DNA of 64,000 bases, taken from an uncultured virus (IMG/VR IMGVR_UViG_3300020048_000028) (lineage: Duplodnaviria > Heunggongvirae > Uroviricota > Caudoviricetes). The translations under genes and the position numbers were made by a program. The DNA lies in the IMG/VR virus record IMGVR_UViG_3300020048_000028. One strand, 5' to 3'. Under the pieces are notes generated by a model. It made no database searches. It saw only the letters and a program-made list of their open reading frames with translations, and was not told the origin of the DNA. Of this stretch, positions 47,470 through 57,246 are shown piece by piece (positions within the stretch are counted from its first letter, which is position 1; each line of letters starts with the position of its first letter).

Positions 47470-48215
47470 TGTATAATATTAAAGATTCAATAGATAAGGC
47501 ATATAATTTTATTCAAGGTTTAAGAGCTAAGGGTTATAAGTATTTAGGAACTCCTGTGTATAACGTTACTAAAGCTGATTTATCAAAATTAGCTAATGTT
47601 GCTGCTAAATATGATATTCCTGTCGAATGGCTTTTCAACCTGATAAAACATGAGTCGGCTAACACATTTTCGCCTGCAATTACAAATAGTATTGGAGCAA
47701 CAGGTATTATTCAATTTATGACAAAAATTGGAGGAAAAACTATGACTTATGCTAAGGCTGATGGTAGTGATGCTGTTACAACAAGTGAATTAAGGAAAAT
47801 GTCTTTCTCTGAACAGTTAGATTATTTAGACGGTTACTTAAAAAGAAATCTTAAAAAGCATTTAACTCCTGAAGGAAAAATACCTGAAACCTTTACGCAA
47901 GGTGATATTTTTATGACTATTTTTTATCCTGTTTCAGTAGGTAAGCCTGATTATCAATTTCCCGATTCTGTTAGTAGGGCAAATGCAGGAATTAGAAAGC
48001 CTTTAGATTATGTCGAAAAGGCTTTAAAAAATTCAGTTTTTCCTTTAAGTGTCGTGCCTTACTCTTTGGCAGATGTAAAAAAAAAATTCGGACAGGCTTA
48101 TGAATACGGAGAAGTTGTAGTTAAAAGAAATTGGATTCCGATTGTTATAATTGGTTTAGGTTTAGCAGGATTAACTTATTATGGAATTAAAACGGGAAAA
48201 TTTAAGTTTAAGTAA
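47469..48215 (+). CDS. lysozyme-like transglycosylase with C-terminal TM
   Basis: HESA.TFSP...GATGIIQF...EQLDY. Confidence 0.75.
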   Translation: MYNIKDSIDKAYNFIQGLRAKGYKYLGTPVYNVTKADLSKLANVAAKYDIPVEWLFNLIKHESANTFSPAITNSIGATGIIQFMTKIGGKTMTYAKADGSDAVTTSELRKMSFSEQLDYLDGYLKRNLKKHLTPEGKIPETFTQGDIFMTIFYPVSVGKPDYQFPDSVSRANAGIRKPLDYVEKALKNSVFPLSVVPYSLADVKKKFGQAYEYGEVVVKRNWIPIVIIGLGLAGLTYYGIKTGKFKFK

Positions 48216-48218
48216 TTA

Positions 48219-48905
48219 ATGAAAAATAGAGATAAATGGATTATTGCAGGAATGATAGGTGCTACACTTATCACTTTGTCATGGATATACCGTTCAACTA
48301 TTAAGAAAGGGATAAAGAAAGGAATAACATCTGTAACGGATTTTGTTGACTCTTTACGAAATACTGCATTAAGTGAATATGATTTTTGGAAAAGTGGTTC
48401 TATTAAAGAGGGGAATCCTGCTACTATGGAGCGACTTCGTAAATATTGGAAAGAAGGTGCAGGAGTTACTAATTGGAGCGATGATAGAATGACTGATGAA
48501 GCTTGGTCAGCAGCTTTTATTTCATACATAATGAAAAAATCAGGTGCAGGTAGTGATTGGAAGTATTCGCCCTCTCACTCAACCTATATTGTAGATTCAA
48601 TTAAAAATAGAAAAGAAAATAATAGCAATCCATTTAAAGGTTATAAACCCGAAGAAGTTAAACTTGAGGTAGGTGATTTAGTTGGTAAGGCAAGACAAAG
48701 TGGCGTTGATTATGATACTAAAGGTAATTATAAATCTCATACAGACGTTGTAGTTAATATAAAAGATGGTATAGCTGATACGATTGGAGGAAATGTTTCT
48801 AATTCTGTATATTTAACTAAAGTTCCTCTTAATGCAAGTGGTAAAATAGATAATTCAAAAGTAAGTGGAGATAAATATTTTGTTGTAATTAAAAATAAGA
48901 AATAA
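48219..48905 (+). CDS. DUF2272/CHAP-like peptidoglycan hydrolase with N-terminal TM
   Basis: AWSAAFISY, HSTYI, GDLV, SHTDVV, IGGNVSNSV. Confidence 0.75.
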   Translation: MKNRDKWIIAGMIGATLITLSWIYRSTIKKGIKKGITSVTDFVDSLRNTALSEYDFWKSGSIKEGNPATMERLRKYWKEGAGVTNWSDDRMTDEAWSAAFISYIMKKSGAGSDWKYSPSHSTYIVDSIKNRKENNSNPFKGYKPEEVKLEVGDLVGKARQSGVDYDTKGNYKSHTDVVVNIKDGIADTIGGNVSNSVYLTKVPLNASGKIDNSKVSGDKYFVVIKNKK

Positions 48906-49408
48906 TGGAAGATAAAATAACATTAGAAAGAATTAAAACACTTCACCCTAAATTGCGTGATGAAGCTGCTGAAATTTATAAAGAAATACAAGAAGCTTTA
49001 AAAGGTAGAGCTATTTGTAGGTTTTCTCATACATTAAGAACTTTTGAAGAACAAAATGCTTTGTATGCTCAAGGAAGAACTACTAAAGGTGCTATTGTTA
49101 CAAATGCAAAAGGAGGTCAGTCTATGCACAACTATGGTATGGCGATTGACATTGTTTTATTAGTAGATAAAGATAAAAACGGAACTTTTGAATCAGCAAG
49201 TTGGGAAACTAATGTGGATTTTGATGGTGATGGCGTACATGATTGGATTGAGATTGTAAAGATATTCAAAACTTATGGTTGGGAATGGGGAGGAGATTGG
49301 CGTTTTGTTGATAAACCTCATTTTCAAAAAACATTTGGTAAGTCTGTGAAAGATTTACAGGCACTATGCAATAATAAAAAAGTTGTAAACGGATATGTGG
49401 TTATTTAA
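48905..49408 (+). CDS. endolysin, M15 L-Ala-D-Glu peptidase
   Basis: RTxxEQxxLYAQGRT, SxHNYGxAxD, WGGDW, DxPH. Confidence 0.9.
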   Translation: MEDKITLERIKTLHPKLRDEAAEIYKEIQEALKGRAICRFSHTLRTFEEQNALYAQGRTTKGAIVTNAKGGQSMHNYGMAIDIVLLVDKDKNGTFESASWETNVDFDGDGVHDWIEIVKIFKTYGWEWGGDWRFVDKPHFQKTFGKSVKDLQALCNNKKVVNGYVVI

Positions 49409-49419
49409 AAACTAAACAA

Positions 49420-49566
49420 ATGAACGATAGCGAAAGATTCGACAAAATAGAAAAACAATTAAAAAGTTTAGAAACGGATTCTAAAATACATTTAGCTATT
49501 GTTATATTTAGCTTTATTGGAGTTTTATCACTTCGTTCTTTAATTAAAGATTTAAAAAATATATAA
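49420..49566 (+). CDS. 48-aa single-TM protein (not in ORF track)
   Basis: MNDSERFDKIEKQLKSLETDSKIHLAIVIFSFIGVLSLRSLIKDLKNI. Confidence 0.55.
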   Translation: MNDSERFDKIEKQLKSLETDSKIHLAIVIFSFIGVLSLRSLIKDLKNI

Positions 49567-49576
49567 AAAAATAGAT

Positions 49577-49903
49577 ATGATAGAGTTATTATTTTCGGGC
49601 ATAGAGCCAATTCACTTCGTACTTGCTTATGCAGGTATGTTATTACACATATTGTTAAAAGTAGCTGACTTAAATCAGAATCCTGATTTTAAAATAAAAA
49701 GCTATATTAAGAAAAATATATACACAATAGTTGCTACATTCATTATGATACCAATTATGCTTATTGTTTTAACGGATACGAGTTTGGGTGAGATATTGCC
49801 AATTAATAAAGTAACGGCAGTACTTTCAGGTTATCAAACGCAATCTGTATTTAAAACAATAATGAATATGTTTAGTAGTAGAGTTAAAACAACTGAAAGT
49901 TAA
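49577..49903 (+). CDS. putative holin
   Basis: 108 aa, 2-3 TM, next to the endolysin. Confidence 0.55.
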   Translation: MIELLFSGIEPIHFVLAYAGMLLHILLKVADLNQNPDFKIKSYIKKNIYTIVATFIMIPIMLIVLTDTSLGEILPINKVTAVLSGYQTQSVFKTIMNMFSSRVKTTES

Positions 49904-49949
49904 AATAATTTAAAAAAATAATTTAAAAAAATAATTTAAAAAAATAAAC

Positions 49950-50069
49950 ATGAGAAATTCAAATATTAATTTTTTAGAAACAGTAGCAATAAAAGCATCA
50001 GTAGCATTTGGTTTATCTGTTATTTATATTTCAAATAAATTAAACTTAAAATACTTTGTTAAAAAATAG
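49950..50069 (+). CDS. 39-aa hydrophobic protein (not in ORF track)
   Basis: MRNSNINFLETVAIKASVAFGLSVIYISNKLNLKYFVKK; abuts the next ATG. Confidence 0.4.
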   Translation: MRNSNINFLETVAIKASVAFGLSVIYISNKLNLKYFVKK

Positions 50070-50303
50070 ATGAAAATAAATAATCAATTATTAAAAGGAT
50101 TGGCAATAGGTTTAGGCATAGTTGGAATGTTTGTACTCGCTTCATTTTTATATAAAAAGAAAAATGTAAAAAGTAGTGGAGGTAATTCAAATAATTCAAA
50201 TGAATCTGAGGGCAAGAGTATAATTATAGGCTCTGTAAAAGACCCTCACTCAAACTTACCAATATATAAAGAAATTGGAAAAGAGATTGATGAAAAGTTA
50301 TGA
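50070..50303 (+). CDS. small N-terminal TM protein
   Basis: GLAIGLGIVGMFVLASFLYKKK. Confidence 0.6.
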   Translation: MKINNQLLKGLAIGLGIVGMFVLASFLYKKKNVKSSGGNSNNSNESEGKSIIIGSVKDPHSNLPIYKEIGKEIDEKL

Positions 50304-50962
50304 TAAAAAAATACAAATATTATATAGGTGGATTTATTGCATTAGCGGCAGTAGTAGGACTTGTTGTGTATAAAAGAAAAAAAACGGATGTTATTAAAGA
50401 TGATTTTAAATTGGGTAATACTATTACAAAATTAGGAGATTTGATATTTTCAGTACCATTAAATAAATTTGATGAGTACCCTGTGGTTATTGTATTTGGA
50501 GGAATATCATACGCTAATCCTGCTTGGATAATGAAAGAGGTAGAAAAAGAATTGCTTTCAAAAGCGATATTTGTTTTTGCTCCTTACACTATGAGTTACG
50601 ATTCATTAACTCCAAAGTTAAATGATTTTATTGCTAAAAATAAATTGCTTGTAAAAAACATATCGGTAATAGGTTTTTCAGCAGGAGGACTTAATGTTCA
50701 AAAAGCTTATAATAAAAACTTTAAATTCATAGGACTTATAGACCCTTCTACTCGTTCAGAAAATGTAAAAAAAGACTATGGCGATAATGTGAAGATGGTT
50801 TATAATGATGCAAATTGGGGAGGTTATCCTCAAATAAAATCAGTTTTACCTAATTTAGCAAATGCGATAAATAAATTAGGTGGTGATGCAGAAAAAGTTA
50901 ATTTACAACATTCTAAAATTCCAAGTTATTTTTTTAACAAATACAAAAACGATATAGCATAA
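50300..50962 (+). CDS. membrane-anchored alpha/beta hydrolase
   Basis: YPVVIVFGG, GFSAGG nucleophile elbow, C-terminal His; N-terminal TM. Confidence 0.7.
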   Translation: MIKKYKYYIGGFIALAAVVGLVVYKRKKTDVIKDDFKLGNTITKLGDLIFSVPLNKFDEYPVVIVFGGISYANPAWIMKEVEKELLSKAIFVFAPYTMSYDSLTPKLNDFIAKNKLLVKNISVIGFSAGGLNVQKAYNKNFKFIGLIDPSTRSENVKKDYGDNVKMVYNDANWGGYPQIKSVLPNLANAINKLGGDAEKVNLQHSKIPSYFFNKYKNDIA

Positions 50963-51618
50963 TGAAAAATAAAGATAAAATATACATATCGGCAATTATA
51001 ATAATAATTGCTGTTTTCTTTTTAAGAGAGGGCTGTAATAGAATGGATACTAACAAGCTTGTTTCTGATATTACAAGTTATAAAACCGAATCTGAAACTT
51101 ATAAAACAAAACTTGGATTGGAAATAAATACCAATAAAGCTTTGGCATTACAAACTCAAGACCAAATGAAATCGTTATTGGCAAGTAATGATACTATGCG
51201 AGAATGGATGAAAGAGTTTAAGAAAATAAAAGCAGGAGTTATTATAAAAGAAACTACTATAATAAAAGAGGTTGCTGTCCCATTCGATAGAAATATTCCT
51301 TGTGATTTTAAACCGTTTCCTGCTAAAAAAGAAACTAAAGACTTTCAGTTTTATGCTACCGTAGCAAATACGGGATTAACATTAGATAGTTTGAAAGTTC
51401 CTAATGAATCTAAGATAGTGATAGGAGATAAGCGTAAAGGTTTCTTAAATTTGAAAAGTGAATTAACTGTTGATGTAAACAATTCTAATCCGTATATAAA
51501 AACTTCAAACATAAGCGGTTTTGTATATGAGCCTAAAAAGAAATGGTATGAGAAAATGTGGGTAAATTTTGTCTTTGGATTAGGCGTAGGATATGTAGGC
51601 GGTACGTTGACAAAATAA
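50962..51618 (+). CDS. spanin-like protein (hydrophobic segments at both ends)
   Basis: N-terminal signal ending in GC, coiled coil plus beta region, C-terminal KKWYEK+TM. Confidence 0.45.
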   Translation: MKNKDKIYISAIIIIIAVFFLREGCNRMDTNKLVSDITSYKTESETYKTKLGLEINTNKALALQTQDQMKSLLASNDTMREWMKEFKKIKAGVIIKETTIIKEVAVPFDRNIPCDFKPFPAKKETKDFQFYATVANTGLTLDSLKVPNESKIVIGDKRKGFLNLKSELTVDVNNSNPYIKTSNISGFVYEPKKKWYEKMWVNFVFGLGVGYVGGTLTK

Positions 51619-51634
51619 TAAATAAATAAATAAA

Positions 51635-52600
51635 ATGATAACAACAATAGGAACGTATTTTGTTTCGCCAAGCGAAACTTTTTTAGACATTAATTCAGCA
51701 GATGGTATTGTAAATATCGTATTGCCAACATCGGAAGCAATTTCATCTTATATAAGTGGAACAGGTGGTTTACTATCTGAACAAATATCTTATAGTATAT
51801 CGGGTACATCTTCTTTTCCTGTAAGATTTTACAGAGGCGGTGATAAGTTTTGGAATAATGGATTGCAATTTATTGAAATTACTCAAGACGGAGAAGGTAA
51901 TATTTCTACTCAGGGAGGTATTCAGGCTATTGCAGAATCAGGAACGCCTAATGGTGGAAGTATTCAATTAATCGGAAAGAAAATTGGGTTAAGTTTAAAT
52001 CCTAATTCTTCTTCAAGCGTTATGATAATTCAAAATCGTTGTAAGGGAGATGTTAAGATTGGTCAAACTGTTACTGATGCAAAAAATGGAACTACTGCTG
52101 ATATTATAGGAGTTGTTTATTCTGAAAAACAAATTTTACTTACTTTAAACAATATAAATATAGTAAAAGAAGGTTTTATAATAGGTAATGTAATTGATAT
52201 TAAAGAAATTCCTTGTTCGAGTACGGTACTTGATTATAAAGAAGGAATACAAGAATCTCAATTAGTATCTTTAGTTGGTGGAAATAATTTTGTAGTATAT
52301 TCTGTATTATTAACTAATCCATCTACTACTATTGATTCAGCAAATGGAGGTTTATTGTATTCGGGTGAAAATAAGTCAGGAGTTCATGTTGCTGATGTAG
52401 TTTTTAATGCAGATAATGGAGGAGGGTTTTTAAAACAATCAAATTCTTTTATAAATGATTTTACTCAAAATGTAGCTTTATATCCAACTCCAAAAGGAGG
52501 TGCTTCTAATTTTTTAATTGGAAACGAATTATATTTTAACATAGATACTGTTCAAGATGCAACTTGTGATATGTATGTTTATGGAATTGTGATAAGTTAA
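51635..52600 (+). CDS. beta-rich structural protein
   Basis: N-terminal GTxFxSP...IVLP shared with 52633. Confidence 0.6.
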   Translation: MITTIGTYFVSPSETFLDINSADGIVNIVLPTSEAISSYISGTGGLLSEQISYSISGTSSFPVRFYRGGDKFWNNGLQFIEITQDGEGNISTQGGIQAIAESGTPNGGSIQLIGKKIGLSLNPNSSSSVMIIQNRCKGDVKIGQTVTDAKNGTTADIIGVVYSEKQILLTLNNINIVKEGFIIGNVIDIKEIPCSSTVLDYKEGIQESQLVSLVGGNNFVVYSVLLTNPSTTIDSANGGLLYSGENKSGVHVADVVFNADNGGGFLKQSNSFINDFTQNVALYPTPKGGASNFLIGNELYFNIDTVQDATCDMYVYGIVIS

Positions 52601-52632
52601 AATTAGTTCAAAAATATATTAAAATAATTAAC

Positions 52633-54045
52633 ATGAGCAGCAACCCATATTCAAGACAAGTATCAGCAGGAACGACATTTTTGTCACCTACTGATTTTTA
52701 CGTTGAAGCAGACACTTCTTTAGGAGAAGTTACAATCGTGCTTCCAAATATAACAACTATCATGGACACTTTAAGTAAGATAGGCGTATCTTATTCGGGG
52801 GTTCGTTTTGTAGATATTTCAAACAATGCTTCTGTAAATAATATCATTATTAAATCTTCGGATGGGAATAGTGTGAATGATGTAACATCAATTACTCTAA
52901 ACACAAATGGCATTGGAGGTTTAGTTACAACTTTAAGTGGCAGTCAATGGGCATATACTCAAAATAGTGTAGGTTCAGGTGGTGGCGGAAACGCTGTTAT
53001 TTTAGTTGGTGGTGGAACAGGTAGTTCTTATCGTTGTGGGAATAGTAATACAGCATCGTCTGTTTATTCAACGGTAAGTGGAGGAAATGGTAATACTATT
53101 AATCCATTCTCTACTTGTTCGGGTTATTACGTTTGTGGAAACGTAATCGGTGGTGGTTCTAATAATATTATAAATTCAAATAGTGCTTATTATAATAATT
53201 CAGGTGGCGTTACAATAAGTGGAGGAGCTAATAATACTACTAATTCGGGTCATTATGGCTTTAATACAATCGGAGGTGGTTGTGGAAATGTTGCTTCTTG
53301 TGATTATTCAACAATAGCAGGTGGACAAAACAATACAGCATCAGGTTATTATTCAAATGTTGGTGGAGGTAGAGCTAATGTAGCATCGAGTTTTTTTTCA
53401 ACAATAGGTGGTGGTAGTAATAATACAGCATCAAATAGATACTCAACATTAAGTGGTGGTTATGGTAGTACCTCATCAGGTAGATATTCAACAGTTAGCG
53501 GTGGTCTTGCCAATACAGCTTCGGGTTATTATTCAACAATTGGTGGTGGTCGTGACAATACAGCATCAGGTGACGTTTCAACAATAGGTGGAGGTTCAGA
53601 CAATACGGCATCAAGTGGTAGTTCAACCGTAAGTGGGGGTTATAAGAATCAAAGTTCGGGAAAACATTCAACAATAAGTGGAGGTTTAAATAATACATCA
53701 TCAGGTGACGTTTCAACAGTAGGTGGAGGTCGTTCTAATTTGGCATCAGGTGGCAATTCAAACGTAAGTGGAGGTTTTTCAAATACAGCATCAGGTACTT
53801 ATTCAGTAGTAAGTGGTGGTTATAAAAATGCTGCTTCAGGTATTGCTTCTGCAATTTTAGGAGGGAGAGATAATAGTACAAATAATTTCGATTGTGCTAT
53901 GATTATTGGAAGTAATATTGTTGCTAATAGAGCTTGTACTACTTTTGTTAATAATTTGACAATTAGAGATATTCCAACTGCAAGTGCAGGTTTGCCAACG
54001 GGTTCAGTTTGGAGAAATGGAACTGTTTTAGAAATTGTACCTTAG
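52633..54045 (+). CDS. third Gly-rich beta-solenoid spike protein
   Basis: GGGGNAVILxGxGTGSSYRCGN followed by 14-aa repeats; C-terminal IPTASAGLPTGSVW. Confidence 0.75.
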   Translation: MSSNPYSRQVSAGTTFLSPTDFYVEADTSLGEVTIVLPNITTIMDTLSKIGVSYSGVRFVDISNNASVNNIIIKSSDGNSVNDVTSITLNTNGIGGLVTTLSGSQWAYTQNSVGSGGGGNAVILVGGGTGSSYRCGNSNTASSVYSTVSGGNGNTINPFSTCSGYYVCGNVIGGGSNNIINSNSAYYNNSGGVTISGGANNTTNSGHYGFNTIGGGCGNVASCDYSTIAGGQNNTASGYYSNVGGGRANVASSFFSTIGGGSNNTASNRYSTLSGGYGSTSSGRYSTVSGGLANTASGYYSTIGGGRDNTASGDVSTIGGGSDNTASSGSSTVSGGYKNQSSGKHSTISGGLNNTSSGDVSTVGGGRSNLASGGNSNVSGGFSNTASGTYSVVSGGYKNAASGIASAILGGRDNSTNNFDCAMIIGSNIVANRACTTFVNNLTIRDIPTASAGLPTGSVWRNGTVLEIVP

Positions 54046-54077
54046 TAAGTATTAACTAAATTTAATTTAAAATTTAA

Positions 54078-54085
54078 TATATTTG
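54078..54085 (+). promoter_or_regulatory. probable -7 promoter element
   Basis: TATATTTG in the intergenic region before 54127. Confidence 0.45.
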
Positions 54086-54126
54086 CTTATTATTAAAAAA
54101 CCAACCAAAAGACAAATAAAACGATT

Positions 54127-55089
54127 ATGACAAAAGACAACTACTTAATTTTTACCGTAAATGGAGGAGCAGGTAAAAATGTTTTAGCAACTGCGGTTGT
54201 TAAGGCTATTAAAAACGCAAACCCCGAATCTAAAATCATTGTAATTACAGCTTACAAAGAAGTGTGGATGTATAACCCAAACGTATATAGAACATATACT
54301 TTCGGAAACACTCCTAATTTTTACAAAGATTATATTCAAGACAAGGATAATGTTGAGATACTTAATTTAGAGCCTTATTCTACTAATGATTATATTTTAA
54401 AGAAAAAAAATCTTATTGAAATTTGGTGCGATTTAGTTAATGTACCTTACAATAACGAAAAACCTGAATTATTCTTTAATCAAAGAGAAATTGAGTTTGC
54501 AGAAAATCAACGTAATTTAAGAGATAATCCAATTATGTTAATTCAAACAAATGGTGGAAGTCCACAAGAAATGAAAGTTTCTTGGATGAGAGATATGCCT
54601 TTATCAAATGCTCAAGAGTTAGTTCAACACTTTAGTAACAATATGAAAGTTGTTGAAAAGTACGGACAAAACTTTAGAATTATTCAAATTAGACGAGATG
54701 ACCAACCTGCTTTGCAAGGAGTTGAACAGTTTAAAGGTAATTTAAGAGAATTGATGATTTTAATTAAGTATTCTGAAAGTAGAGTGTTTATTGATTCTGT
54801 TTGTCAGCATATTGCGGCAGCTTTAGATAAACCATCTACTGTTGTATGGGTAAGAAACAATCCAGCGGTTCTTGGTTACAAAATACATGATAACATTGTT
54901 ACTAATGTAGAAGATGAAATTGATGTATTATTTGATAGCTTTTTAGAGCCTTATGATATTCAAGGTAATGTTTATCAATGTCCTTTTAAAGAGGGAACTG
55001 TTATTTTTGATACTCAAGACTTAATTGAATCTATCGTAAATCAAAATGCAGTATTTGAAGAACTTGTAGAGGTTAAAGCAGGAATTTAA
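54127..55089 (+). CDS. GT-B glycosyltransferase (GT9/heptosyltransferase-like)
   Basis: GGAGKNVLATAV, NPNV, IDSVCQHIAAALDKPSTVVW. Confidence 0.75.
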   Translation: MTKDNYLIFTVNGGAGKNVLATAVVKAIKNANPESKIIVITAYKEVWMYNPNVYRTYTFGNTPNFYKDYIQDKDNVEILNLEPYSTNDYILKKKNLIEIWCDLVNVPYNNEKPELFFNQREIEFAENQRNLRDNPIMLIQTNGGSPQEMKVSWMRDMPLSNAQELVQHFSNNMKVVEKYGQNFRIIQIRRDDQPALQGVEQFKGNLRELMILIKYSESRVFIDSVCQHIAAALDKPSTVVWVRNNPAVLGYKIHDNIVTNVEDEIDVLFDSFLEPYDIQGNVYQCPFKEGTVIFDTQDLIESIVNQNAVFEELVEVKAGI

Positions 55090-55130
55090 TAAATAATAAA
55101 AATAAATAATAACAATTAAAAACAAAATAA

Positions 55131-55511
55131 ATGAAGTTAAATGTAATTCACTTTTTTTCCTACGGGGAAAACCAAATTATTTCAGATACTTTAAATTTTA
55201 AAGCAAATGTATCTCAGTTTAAAAAAGCACAAGCTGTAATTGATGATGTTAAATCATTAAAACCTGCTGATGTAGTAGCAAGTGATTTCCATGCTATTAA
55301 TGTTTTCGGAGATTCAAGAGTTTCTTACTTATCAAAAGATACAGAAGGCTTTGGTAAAGACAAAGTTAAAAAATCTTATGATGTTAAGTTTACTGACTTA
55401 AATCAAACAAAATTAAATGCTCTTATTGCTGAATTTGAAACTTTAAAAGCTGCTGCTGATAAAGCTGCTGCTGACGCTGCGGCTGCTGATGCTGCTAAAA
55501 CTTCAGCTTAG
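55131..55511 (+). CDS. hypothetical protein with Ala-rich tail
   Basis: 126 aa; followed by a hairpin. Confidence 0.6.
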   Translation: MKLNVIHFFSYGENQIISDTLNFKANVSQFKKAQAVIDDVKSLKPADVVASDFHAINVFGDSRVSYLSKDTEGFGKDKVKKSYDVKFTDLNQTKLNALIAEFETLKAAADKAAADAAAADAAKTSA

Positions 55512-55531
55512 TTAATAAGAAATTGAAAATT

Positions 55532-55569
55532 AATTGCCTCAAGATAAAAATCTTGGGGTAATTTTGTTT
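55532..55569 (+). terminator. probable intrinsic terminator
   Basis: AATTGCCTCAAGAT-AAAA-ATCTTGGGGTAATT followed by TTGTTT. Confidence 0.6.
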
Positions 55570-55597
55570 AAATTAACCAAACTAAAGACAGACAACA

Positions 55598-56368
55598 ATG
55601 GCATACGTTTATAGACATATAAGATTAGATACTAACCAACCTTTTTATATAGGAATTGGTTCTGATGATAAATACAATAGGGCTTATCAGAAAAGAAGCA
55701 GAAATCAATATTGGAAAAGTATTGTTTCAAATACAAATTATAAAGTTGAAATAATTTTTGAAAATTTGAATTGGGAAGATGCTTGTAAAAAAGAAATTGA
55801 ATTTATTTCTCTGTATGGAAGAAAAGACCTTCATAAAGGCATTCTCTGTAATCAAACAAATGGTGGAGATGGCGTTGTAGGTCATTCTAAAGAAGTATTA
55901 AAAAAAATATCTGAAGCCAATAAGGGAAGAATTTCTTGGAATAAGGGAAAATCTAATATTTATTCAGAAGAAAAATTAAAGCATTTATCTGAAGTGCATA
56001 AAAATATATCTGAAGAAACAAGAAATAAAATGAGAATAGCAAACAGTATTATTTCAGATGAAAAAAGAAAAAAAATGTCAGACGCTCAAAAAGGAAATAG
56101 AAATGCAAGTAAGCCTCGTTCAATGGAAGTTAGAATTAGACAATCTCAAAGGATGAAAGGAAAAAAAAGAATCATATCTTTTGAAAAATTAAAAGAACTT
56201 TCAGAAAGGATGAAAGGTAATAAATATAGAGTTGGATTAAAATTGTCTGAAGAACAAAAATTAAAAATATCAAAAGCTAATAAGGGAAAAATATTCACTC
56301 AAGAACATAGGTATAAATTGTCAATATCAAAAATCAAAAATAAACCAAACAAACCAAAGACATTATGA
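55598..56368 (+). CDS. free-standing GIY-YIG homing endonuclease with NUMOD3-like repeats
   Basis: YVY...FYIGIG...R, E, N-T-GGDG; repeated SEExRxKMS/KISxANKG. Confidence 0.85.
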   Translation: MAYVYRHIRLDTNQPFYIGIGSDDKYNRAYQKRSRNQYWKSIVSNTNYKVEIIFENLNWEDACKKEIEFISLYGRKDLHKGILCNQTNGGDGVVGHSKEVLKKISEANKGRISWNKGKSNIYSEEKLKHLSEVHKNISEETRNKMRIANSIISDEKRKKMSDAQKGNRNASKPRSMEVRIRQSQRMKGKKRIISFEKLKELSERMKGNKYRVGLKLSEEQKLKISKANKGKIFTQEHRYKLSISKIKNKPNKPKTL

Positions 56369-57198
56369 AAAAAATAATACACATTAGTGGATGCCCAAGA
56401 AGTCTTACGACTCTTATTGCAAACACATTAGCAAATAACCCAAGAATAGAAGGAGGAGAAACAAGTGGGCTTTTAGAACTTTTGTACGGAAGTCGTGCAA
56501 ACTACTCTCAGTCGCCTGAATTTAAAGCAGCTTTAACCGAAGATATTATGCACAAAAGCTTTTTAAACTTTTGTAGATTAGGTATGCAGGGGTATGCAGA
56601 CGCAATTTGCGAAGAAAATTCTGCCGATATTTATTTAGATAAAAGTAGAGGATGGTTACATTATGCTCCTTTTTTATGGGAGATAAATCCTGATGCTAAG
56701 ATTATTGTAATGGTAAGAGATATTAGAGCTATATTGTCATCTCTTGAAAAAAAATGGAGAGAAAATCCATCAATTTTAGATAGTAGAGATAATCCTGCAC
56801 AACAAGAATTTATTACAGTAGACCAAAGAGTTAATCAATGGTTAAACCAACCTCCATTAGGAATTGCATTAAAAAGATTATTTAATGCAATCCAAACAGG
56901 AACTATAAAAAATATGCTTGTAGTAAGAGCAGAAGATTTTGCTAAAAAACCAAAAGATGTTATGCAAAAGGTTTATAGATTTATTGACGAGCCTTATTGT
57001 GATTTAGATTATACTAATATTCGTCAAGTTACATCGGAAAATGACAGAATTTCCGATTTTGGAATATATGGCGACCACTCGATTAAAGGAAATATACAAC
57101 CTTTAAAGAGTGATTACAAAGAAATTTTAGGAAACGACATTTGTAATAATGTAAAAGCAAATTTCAAATGGTTTTACGATGCTTTCGATTATTTTTAA
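56365..57198 (+). CDS. sulfotransferase (Sulfotransfer_3-like)
   Basis: ISGCPRSLTT, DKSRGW, KIIVMVRDIRAILSS, RAEDF..P. Confidence 0.8.
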   Translation: MKKIIHISGCPRSLTTLIANTLANNPRIEGGETSGLLELLYGSRANYSQSPEFKAALTEDIMHKSFLNFCRLGMQGYADAICEENSADIYLDKSRGWLHYAPFLWEINPDAKIIVMVRDIRAILSSLEKKWRENPSILDSRDNPAQQEFITVDQRVNQWLNQPPLGIALKRLFNAIQTGTIKNMLVVRAEDFAKKPKDVMQKVYRFIDEPYCDLDYTNIRQVTSENDRISDFGIYGDHSIKGNIQPLKSDYKEILGNDICNNVKANFKWFYDAFDYF

Positions 57199-57246
57199 TA
57201 TCTTTATAAATTAAAAAAGCTACTTACTTAGGAGCTGATAATAACT

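Noticed and set aside
55532..56368. Group I intron around the GIY-YIG gene
   Set aside because: Flanking genes look intact and there is no room for an intron core, so it is treated as a free-standing endonuclease.
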